64,000 nt of DNA, taken from IMG/VR virus record IMGVR_UViG_3300025929_000013, positions 1 to 64,000 of that record. One strand, given 5' to 3'. Source of the stretch: a virus. Of this stretch, positions 57,138 to 64,000 are shown in pieces. Both the position numbers and the translations under genes were made by a program. Position 1 is the stretch's first letter; each line of letters begins with the position of its first letter. The notes under the pieces are model-generated. The model worked only from the letters and a program-made list of their open reading frames with translations. It did no database searches and was not told where the DNA came from.

Positions 57138-57300
57138 CAGGTTCCCTCCTTCTCGCGTTCGCCCTCCACGGGCCTGGTGTCGAAGAATCCTGCATCGCAG
57201 TACTCGCCACCGCCGCGAGGGAAATGGCAGGACAGGAATCCGTTCTTCTTGATCGGCGTGGACTGCCCGCACAGGGGACAAGTGCCTCGGGGGCGCCTCA

Positions 57301-57651
57301 TCACTCGCCCCACGCGACCCAGTCGTCCAGCAGGGAGATGCGGCGCAGCCGCTCATACTTCTCGGCGGTGCTGTGCCCGTCCCACACGGCATCGGCGTTG
57401 TGGCGCACGTGGACGAACAGTGGCCAGTCGGCGGGTGCGATGTGCCAGGTGAGCTGGCCCGCGGGGCTGTAGACGTACACCACGCGCCAGCCGGGGTTGT
57501 CCGCGTCGTCGGCCCATTCGCTGGGCCAGCCGCGGGTGAGCAGGGCGACGAGTTCGGCGCGTTCGCGGTAGACGGCGTTGAGAGAGGCCAGGGCCTTGTT
57601 GCGCTCGGCCTCAAGCTTCGTGAGCTGCACGTAGGCTTCGGGGATGTCCAT
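57301..57651 (-). CDS. conserved phage protein (WDGH motif)
   Basis: YRER..LV..L...GQLTWH...WDGHST.EKY. Confidence 0.75.
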   Translation of the reverse strand: MDIPEAYVQLTKLEAERNKALASLNAVYRERAELVALLTRGWPSEWADDADNPGWRVVYVYSPAGQLTWHIAPADWPLFVHVRHNADAVWDGHSTAEKYERLRRISLLDDWVAWGE

Positions 57652-57652
57652 C

Positions 57653-57946
57653 TCAATCCCATTCCACCGTGTGGTCGTCGATGGTTGTGATGTGCCGCTC
57701 CTGCGGCGGATGCCCGAGGGTGCGCACGCAGCGGTGCTCGCGGAAGCCGTGGGCGTCGTGGGAGCGCAGCTGCACCTCGCAGATCTCGCGCGTCGGTTTG
57801 ATCCGGAACTCGACGTCGGTGATCCTGTTGGTGCCGTAGCCGATGTGCACCCCGGCGTCCTCGTCCACGTCCATCCACTGGTGGGTGTGGCCGTTCTTGC
57901 CGAGCGTGTAGCGCCACTGATAGACGACCGGCGGTTCGTCGCTCAC
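57653..57946 (-). CDS. hypothetical protein
   Basis: AAGGAG RBS. Confidence 0.6.
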   Translation of the reverse strand: MSDEPPVVYQWRYTLGKNGHTHQWMDVDEDAGVHIGYGTNRITDVEFRIKPTREICEVQLRSHDAHGFREHRCVRTLGHPPQERHITTIDDHTVEWD

Positions 57947-58119
57947 GAGGTCAGCTCCTTGCGCAGCTTCGCCGTGATCTCGGCCAGCAGCTTCCAGGCC
58001 ATGTCGCGCTGCTGCTCGGTGACGTCCTCGCGCCGCTGGTACTCCATCAGGGCGTCGCGCAGCACGCGCGTCTCCTCGATGTCCGGCAAGATCTGGATGT
58101 AACGCCGTCTAGGGTGCAT
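57943..58119 (-). CDS. small hypothetical protein
   Basis: GGAG RBS, coupled. Confidence 0.55.
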   Translation of the reverse strand: MHPRRRYIQILPDIEETRVLRDALMEYQRREDVTEQQRDMAWKLLAEITAKLRKELTS

Positions 58120-58130
58120 GGGTTCTCCGG

Positions 58131-60065
58131 TTATTTCGCTTCGGCCCAGCTGTCGCAGACGACGAGGTCGCTGGTCAGGGGCAAGTTGATCAGTTTCTGG
58201 ATGTCGGGGCCGAGCATCGCCTCGCGCACGATCGCGGCGCATTCCTCGGCCAGCGGGGCGGGGGTCTCGGTGACCAGCTCGTCGTGCACGGTCAGCACCA
58301 GGCGCATCCCGGAGTGCAGCTGCCGGTGCAGGCGCACCATGGCGAGCTTGATCAGGTCCCCAGCGGAGCCCTGGATCAGGGAGTTGACGGCCTGGCGTTC
58401 GGCCAGGGCGCGCAGCTCGCTGTTGCGATAGCGGATCTCCGGCAGGCGCCGGTGGCGCCCGAGCAGGGTCACGATGTGCGGGTCCGGACGCGAGCGGCAG
58501 GTGCGGATCACGCTCTCGCGGAACCTGTAGATCTCCGGGAACTGGCGGCGGTGCACTTCGAGCACGCGCTTGGCCTCGGCGAGGGGGATCTTCGCCATCG
58601 CGGCCACGCGCGCGGGTCCGGCGCCGAACACGATCGCGAAGGCGATGGCCTTGGCGACCTGGCGCATGTCCTTGGTGACCTGCTCGGCGGTGACGCCGAA
58701 CACCTGCATCGCGGTCGCCGTGTGCGCGTCGATGCCCGCCCAGAAACCCTCGTACAGGGCCCCCATCCCGAGGTAGTGAGCGAGGATGCGCAGCTCGATC
58801 TGGCCGTAGTCGGCAACCACCAGGCGGTAGCCCTCGGTCGCGGTGAACAGGGAGCGCACCTGTCTGGCCAGCTTCTCCCCGGGACGCGGCACGTTCTGGA
58901 GGTTCGGGTCGCGCGAGGAGAATCTGCCGGTGCGCGTCCCATACTGCACGAAATCGGTGTGGATACGGTCATTGATGAGGACCCCGGGCTTGTCGTCGGT
59001 GCCGAGGTAGGAGCGCACGTAGGTGGTGTCGATCCGCTCCAGCTCCTGGTACGCCTCCAGGGCCTGCACGACCGGCTGGTCCGCGTAGGGCTCCAGGGCC
59101 TCGGAGCTGGTGGAGTAGTCGCTGATGGTCAGCTTCGCGCCGAGTTTCGCCTTGGCCTCGCCGCCCTTGGTGGGCAGCAGGGGTTTAAGGCCCAGGCCTC
59201 CTTCGGCGGGCTTGGCGTAGAGCAGCTGCTGTTTCTGCGGCACGCTGTTCAGGTTGAAGATTCTTCCGGCGGCGGCGTAGAGGTTCTCGCGGGCGTTGTC
59301 CAGTACCGGGGTGATCTCGTCGGCCAGTCTCTGAAGGGCCGCGGTGTCCACATGGGCGCCGTCGCGGCGCATGTGCGCGACGACTTCAAGGACCTGCATC
59401 TCCAGGTCCATCAGCTCGTCGAACCCCTGCGCGCTCAGTGCCTTGGCGACGCGGCGATAGAGCAGCCAGTCGTAGCGGGCGTCGAAGAACCCGTAGCGTC
59501 CGACGGCGGAGATGGAGTGGCGCTCGACCGCCTTGCCGGTCTCCTCGCGGTCGTAGGTCACCCCGTACGTATTGGTGATCAGGTCCTTGAGTCTCTTGGA
59601 GCGCAGGTTCTCGTCCAGGATCCAGACGCCCACGATGGTGTCGTGGTAGGGGGGCGCGGGGATCGCCGGGAGGTGCTTGGCGACGGAGACCAGGTCGATC
59701 GTGGCGTTGTGCGCGATCTTCGTGCGGCCGGACGCCATCAGGGGGGCCAGGGCCTCGAACACGCGCTCGCGTTCCAGCTGTTTGGGCGGGGCGTCCCAGA
59801 GCGGGGGGTGGGTGACGAATTTCCCGGTGGCGCGGTCCTTGCGGCGCACCGCGGGGGCCAGCAGGGTGTCGCCGTTGGGGTGGCCGAACGGGATCGAGCA
59901 GGCGAACCCGTAGGTGGCCAGGGAGATCCAGGTGACCTCGTTGTAGACCGGGTGCCCGCGCCTGGGGCCGGTGGACTCGATGTCGAACGCGAACGCGTCG
60001 GCGGCCTCAAGGCGCGCCACGGTGTCACGCAGTTGTTCTTCGGTGAGCACGAGCGCGGGGAACAC
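58131..60065 (-). CDS. polA: family A DNA polymerase with 3'-5' exonuclease domain
   Basis: FDIES, HNA..D, TRTGRFSS..PNLQN, ADYGQIELRILAH, IQGSA.D, VHDE. Confidence 0.95.
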   Translation of the reverse strand: MFPALVLTEEQLRDTVARLEAADAFAFDIESTGPRRGHPVYNEVTWISLATYGFACSIPFGHPNGDTLLAPAVRRKDRATGKFVTHPPLWDAPPKQLERERVFEALAPLMASGRTKIAHNATIDLVSVAKHLPAIPAPPYHDTIVGVWILDENLRSKRLKDLITNTYGVTYDREETGKAVERHSISAVGRYGFFDARYDWLLYRRVAKALSAQGFDELMDLEMQVLEVVAHMRRDGAHVDTAALQRLADEITPVLDNARENLYAAAGRIFNLNSVPQKQQLLYAKPAEGGLGLKPLLPTKGGEAKAKLGAKLTISDYSTSSEALEPYADQPVVQALEAYQELERIDTTYVRSYLGTDDKPGVLINDRIHTDFVQYGTRTGRFSSRDPNLQNVPRPGEKLARQVRSLFTATEGYRLVVADYGQIELRILAHYLGMGALYEGFWAGIDAHTATAMQVFGVTAEQVTKDMRQVAKAIAFAIVFGAGPARVAAMAKIPLAEAKRVLEVHRRQFPEIYRFRESVIRTCRSRPDPHIVTLLGRHRRLPEIRYRNSELRALAERQAVNSLIQGSAGDLIKLAMVRLHRQLHSGMRLVLTVHDELVTETPAPLAEECAAIVREAMLGPDIQKLINLPLTSDLVVCDSWAEAK

Positions 60066-60150
60066 GAGCGGACTCCGAGTGGTGTGGAGCGACGCCCCCG
60101 CCGGGGTGTGGATGCGGACACTCGTCCGGCGGGGGCGTCAGATCGGGGTG

Positions 60151-60834
60151 CTATTTGGTGAGCTCGGCGACCAGCTCGCGCAGCTCCTCGACGGTGGGGA
60201 TGTCCTCGACCGAGGAGCCGATCTCGTAGGCCTGCGCGCGGAACTCGGCGAGCTGCTCGTCGCTCAGGGCGGTGATGTCCCAGTCGTCCTTCAGGTCGCG
60301 CATCTTGATGACCTCGGCCTGGTATTCGGTGTTGGTGCCCTTGCCGGTGGCGTGGATCGCGACGTACAGCCGGGGGTCGTCCAGGCCCTCGAACCGGCGG
60401 TCACCGGCGATGCCCTCCAGCTTGCGCGCCAGGCGTGCTCCGGCCTGGATGTATTCGAAGCTGGGGTTCTCCGGGTCCGCGAAGCTCACGACGTTGAAGC
60501 ACACCGCCATGGCGGCGGGCTGGTCTCCGAACGGATCGCAGAGCGGACAGTCGCCGGACAGGTGCCGGTAGCTCTTGCGCCCGGTCTTCTCGATCCAGTG
60601 GCTTCGATAGCTGTCGAACGGTTCGGCATCCAAGAACTTGACGACAATCGGCTCTTCGCCGTCGGTGAATTTCAGGGGCCGCGCGAACCCGCCGCCCTCG
60701 GCCAGGGTGCTCTTCATCCCGCCCCATCCGCCGGATCCGCCGCCGCTGGGGCGCTTGGCGGGTGCGGTGTTACGGCGGCCCGGGGTCTCCTGCGGTTCAG
60801 CCTCGGGCAGTGCGCGGCGGCGCTTGGTTTCCAT
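60151..60834 (-). CDS. phage ssDNA-binding protein (gp32-like)
   Basis: LKF..GE...VKFL...HW...CPLC...G.GTNT.Y; acidic C-terminus; next to the polymerase. Confidence 0.65.
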   Translation of the reverse strand: METKRRRALPEAEPQETPGRRNTAPAKRPSGGGSGGWGGMKSTLAEGGGFARPLKFTDGEEPIVVKFLDAEPFDSYRSHWIEKTGRKSYRHLSGDCPLCDPFGDQPAAMAVCFNVVSFADPENPSFEYIQAGARLARKLEGIAGDRRFEGLDDPRLYVAIHATGKGTNTEYQAEVIKMRDLKDDWDITALSDEQLAEFRAQAYEIGSSVEDIPTVEELRELVAELTK

Positions 60835-61069
60835 GTGATCTCCTGCTCAGCGCGGGATGGGCGTGAAGCACCGAGTTGTCCTCGGTGGTAAGGCCCTGAT
60901 AGCGCTCGCGTTCCGGCCGAAGCAGGCGATCGATGGCGTTGCGGAAGTACTCGACGGGGTCCACGTCCCCGTCTTCGAAGTCAGCTGTCACCGTGGCCGA
61001 ATATTCGGCCCATTCATAGGAGCCCAGGTTCACGTGCTCGGTGACCGTGCGCGTGATCTGGATCTTCAC
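60797..61069 (-). CDS. hypothetical protein
   Basis: VNLGSYE motif, coupled. Confidence 0.6.
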   Translation of the reverse strand: MKIQITRTVTEHVNLGSYEWAEYSATVTADFEDGDVDPVEYFRNAIDRLLRPERERYQGLTTEDNSVLHAHPALSRRSHGNQAPPRTARG

Positions 61070-61551
61070 TGGTCCGCCTTGGCGGCCTGGGCCTCGGCGT
61101 TGGCGGTGCGCACGAACAGCTCGTAGATGCGCGCGCGGAAGTTGGTCTTGTGGATGTTGCGGCCGTGGGGGCTCAGGACCCCCTCCTCCCGCGCTATCTC
61201 GATCATCGCCTCGATCAGCGCGCGGGAATAAAGGCGCTGCCTTCCGCGCACGTCGGTGGACGGCGAGCGCCAGAAGGTGACCGGCAGGATGCCGTCCTGC
61301 TCCCAGCGCCGCACGGTGGTGACCTTGCGGTTAAGGGCCTTGGCCAAGGCGCCGATCGGAAAGAACTCGACCGTCTTGCCGCGCACCATGTACTTGCGCG
61401 GGTAGGAGTCCCAGCGCTCGCGGGAGGCGACGGGGGCGGCCAGCTCGGTCGGGCGCGAGGCCACGATCTGGCGGTTGGTGCCGGGGTACAGCCCGGTTTC
61501 CGGGTCGGGCGTGCGGATGAACGGGCCACCGGCGCAAGAGCTCTTGGTCAC
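61066..61551 (-). CDS. MerR-like HTH DNA-binding protein
   Basis: IGALAKALNRKVTTVRRWEQDGILP...RLYS. Confidence 0.75.
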   Translation of the reverse strand: MTKSSCAGGPFIRTPDPETGLYPGTNRQIVASRPTELAAPVASRERWDSYPRKYMVRGKTVEFFPIGALAKALNRKVTTVRRWEQDGILPVTFWRSPSTDVRGRQRLYSRALIEAMIEIAREEGVLSPHGRNIHKTNFRARIYELFVRTANAEAQAAKADQ

Positions 61552-62012
61552 AGCGCCTCCGCCTCCGGCTTGAACGCCCAGCTGACCCGGGTGTCGAACA
61601 GGTCGTCGATCTCGCGCTCGGTCAGCAGGCCCTGCTGGTAGAGGACGTAGAGCTCGTCCTGATCGAAGGTGGGCCTCGCCGGGAACAGCCGACCGACCAC
61701 GCCCTTGGCCATGGCCAGGGCCTCGGCGCGCTCCTCGTTGACCAGGCGTGAGACGCGCCGCTCGCGCTTGATGCCCTCGTAGCGGCGCCCGGCGTACTCG
61801 AAGGGGCGCCCGATCGCCAGGCGCAGGTGCCCGGACTCGTCGCTCTCGCCGTAGCGCTCGACGTCCGCGCTGATGTCGTCTCGCAATTGGTTGAGCTGGC
61901 TCGTGAGGCGGTCGACCTGGGCCTTGAGATAGACCCACATTTTCAGCTTCTCGGTAAGCTCCTTACCCGGCACCGTGCCGGGGTCGTCACACTGCATCAC
62001 AGATGTCTCCAC
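61548..62012 (-). CDS. hypothetical phage protein
   Basis: ORF track; coiled N-terminus. Confidence 0.7.
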   Translation of the reverse strand: METSVMQCDDPGTVPGKELTEKLKMWVYLKAQVDRLTSQLNQLRDDISADVERYGESDESGHLRLAIGRPFEYAGRRYEGIKRERRVSRLVNEERAEALAMAKGVVGRLFPARPTFDQDELYVLYQQGLLTEREIDDLFDTRVSWAFKPEAEAL

Positions 62013-62195
62013 GGTTGTATCCGCGCAGCCTGATAGAAGCGGTCTGAGAAGACCGTGCTGCTATCGGGGGAACTGCTAGCGACCGTAGGTCCACCCGGCC
62101 AAGAAGCCAAGGGTTGGCGCACTGCAAGTGACTATGGATTTGATGTGGTCAACTAATCGACCAATTGTTGGGGGGACGCACCCTCATCTGGACGT

Positions 62196-62816
62196 TTAAG
62201 CGGTGGCCTGGCGGTAAATGTTGCGCAGGCTTCCCTCGGAGCGCTCCAGGCCGCGCTCGGTGAGCCAGGGGGCGGCGATCTGGCGCGCGAAGGCGACGCC
62301 GGTTGCGTTCGGGTTGGCCGCGTACGCGACGGCGAGCTTCTCCAGCTCCTGGCGCACGGCGCTGCGCGGCTTCGTGGCACCCTTGGCGCGGGCGGGCTTG
62401 GTCTTCGTCGCGGGCTTCACCTCGGGCTCCTCGCGGTGCGCCGAGAAGTGCGACAGCAGGGTGTTGACGACGAAGGCGGCGCTGGGCAGCACGGCGACGA
62501 AGTATCCGACCAGGTCGTGCACGGGTGCGTCGAACAGGTTCGCCGCGAGGGAGATGCCGCAGAAGAGGGCGAACACGAACCACGCGAGCATGCGCACGCC
62601 GCCGGACAGGGTGCGGTCCAGGACCTTGCGCAGGGCGTACACGGTGACCGCGTCGACCGCGACGGGGTAGAGGTCGGCCTGCCACTGGCCCTGTCCGGCG
62701 CGCAGGGCCAGGTCCCTGATGTGGCTGAAGCTCAGGGCGCCGGTCACGACGGCCAGGAACACGGTCGCGCCGTGCTCGGCGATTTTCTGCGTGATCTCGC
62801 TCAGCCAGCGCATCAT
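62196..62816 (-). CDS. DUF2637-like membrane protein
   Basis: LSFSHIRDLA..AG....A.LYPVAVD...SLAAN; about 4 TM segments. Confidence 0.75.
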   Translation of the reverse strand: MMRWLSEITQKIAEHGATVFLAVVTGALSFSHIRDLALRAGQGQWQADLYPVAVDAVTVYALRKVLDRTLSGGVRMLAWFVFALFCGISLAANLFDAPVHDLVGYFVAVLPSAAFVVNTLLSHFSAHREEPEVKPATKTKPARAKGATKPRSAVRQELEKLAVAYAANPNATGVAFARQIAAPWLTERGLERSEGSLRNIYRQATA

Positions 62817-62965
62817 TTCCCCACCCGATTCCCTGAATCAGTGCACCGTATTTCGACAGGGTAGGAGAGTGCTGCGCATTGTGCAAACTATTCTACCGCT
62901 TGTGAACTTGTGCACCCTGTGTGGGATCGTGGTGTGTGCACATCTGGGCGGTTCGTGCACGCACG

Positions 62966-64000
62966 TCATTCACCCGTTCGGCCCCACGCCGGTGTGCGTG
63001 ATGCGTGCAGGTGTGCGGTGAGTGATCCGCGTTTGTGCGTGCGCTTGTGTGCACGGTCGTCGACCGAGGCGAGCATGACCTGTTGTGCACCGAGCATCCG
63101 TGCATGCACGTGCTCCTCGATGCTGTGCACGGTGACCATGTCGTCCACGTGCACGGTGCGGTGCACCGAGGATGCACGGGTGTGCCGGGTGCAGCGCTGC
63201 ATCCATGCACCCACCCCGCCGGGCGCGTCGTAGTTGATCACGTGGGAGGCGACGGGCAGGTCGACGCCGCTGCCCCCGGCGTCCGTGCTCAGGAACACCC
63301 GGCACGTGAAGCTGGTGCAGAAGCGGGCCACGGCCGCGGCGCGGGCCGCCGCGTCAAGCTCTCCGTGGTACAGGACGCTCTGATAGGCCCCCAGGGCTTC
63401 TTGCAGCAGCGGGAGCATCTCACGGAACGCGGTGAACACCACGACCTTGTGGGAGGGCTCGACGAGGGCTGCGTCGACCAGCTGGAGCAGGACGTCGAGC
63501 TTCTCCCCGCCCGCCTGCTCGGGAATCGCGCCCGCGTCGACCAGCTTGCGGGCGTAGGCGCTGCCGATGCCCTTGCCCTTGCCCTTGCCCGCGCTGCGGT
63601 GTTTGGCCGCGGAGACGTGCAGCAACCGCGGGTCGCACAGCAGCAGCCGCGCGGCGAGCATGCACGCGCTGACCCGGCCGAGCGCCGCGCTGCCGTGCTG
63701 TGCACCGCCCGCGTACAGTGCGGCGACGTCCACGTGCGCACGACCCTCGTCGCGGGCACGCTCCAGTGCATGCTCCAGGTCGCGTTCGATACGTGCATAC
63801 ACCGCGCGGGTGTGCACACCCAGATGCACCGGGACCGTACGGTGCACGACGGCGGGCATGCACGCGGCCACGTCCGGATCGTGCACGGTGCGCCGGTGCA
63901 TCGCCGGGGCGAGCGTGTCGTGCATGACGTCGAGGTTCCGGTAGGCCACGGGGCGCCCGTACTCGTTGCGCACGACGTAGGCGCGGTCGTATAGGTCCCA
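62966..64000 (-). CDS. SNF2-family helicase, C-terminal part (5' end outside the window)
   Basis: KL..L, KVVVFT.F, YHG, FLSTDAGGSGVDL..ASHVINYD.P...QR..R. Confidence 0.8.
   Translation of the reverse strand, partial: WDLYDRAYVVRNEYGRPVAYRNLDVMHDTLAPAMHRRTVHDPDVAACMPAVVHRTVPVHLGVHTRAVYARIERDLEHALERARDEGRAHVDVAALYAGGAQHGSAALGRVSACMLAARLLLCDPRLLHVSAAKHRSAGKGKGKGIGSAYARKLVDAGAIPEQAGGEKLDVLLQLVDAALVEPSHKVVVFTAFREMLPLLQEALGAYQSVLYHGELDAAARAAAVARFCTSFTCRVFLSTDAGGSGVDLPVASHVINYDAPGGVGAWMQRCTRHTRASSVHRTVHVDDMVTVHSIEEHVHARMLGAQQVMLASVDDRAHKRTHKRGSLTAHLHASRTPAWGRTGE

Larger units (their letters stand above)
1..64000. mobile_element. Large actinobacterial phage/prophage (or phage-plasmid) segment
   Basis: Tightly packed small ORFs with overlapping stop/start codons, a phage replication module (PolA, RecA, SSB, RuvC, Cas4-like, SNF2), endolysin, tailspikes, recombinases and WhiB; no host housekeeping operons. 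Confidence 0.9.

Overview
High-GC actinobacterial phage or prophage-like segment with two convergent arms. The left arm (+ strand, about 1-37060) is a dense run of small, often acidic early-type ORFs. It includes three ArdA-like paralogs, a HicA-like/ParB-like fusion, a tyrosine recombinase, a solitary type I-E-like CRISPR repeat, a conserved gene followed by two circularly permuted tRNA-like modules, tRNA-fMet and a large serine recombinase. The right arm (- strand, about 37200-64000) carries tailspike-like genes, an Xre/DUF397/ATPase cassette, a TGT-like protein, a GH25 endolysin, SpoVS, RuvC, a Cas4-like nuclease, WhiB, RecA, a family A DNA polymerase, an SSB-like protein and an SNF2 helicase. 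No capsid or terminase genes are visible. The main candidate for a new system is 26811-31330. It is a 741-aa TnpB/Cas12-like protein with an N-terminal Ig-like domain, a large helical insertion and all three RuvC catalytic positions altered. It is followed directly by a type I-E-derived CRISPR array (about 25 repeats, 61-bp period, three internal leader-like motifs), which grades into about 26 short units that keep only the 3' end of the repeat. No cas1, cas2, cas6 or tnpA is adjacent. This suggests a phage-encoded, multiplexed, non-cutting RNA-guided DNA-binding (silencing) system. All family calls come from motif recognition by eye; no database searches were run.
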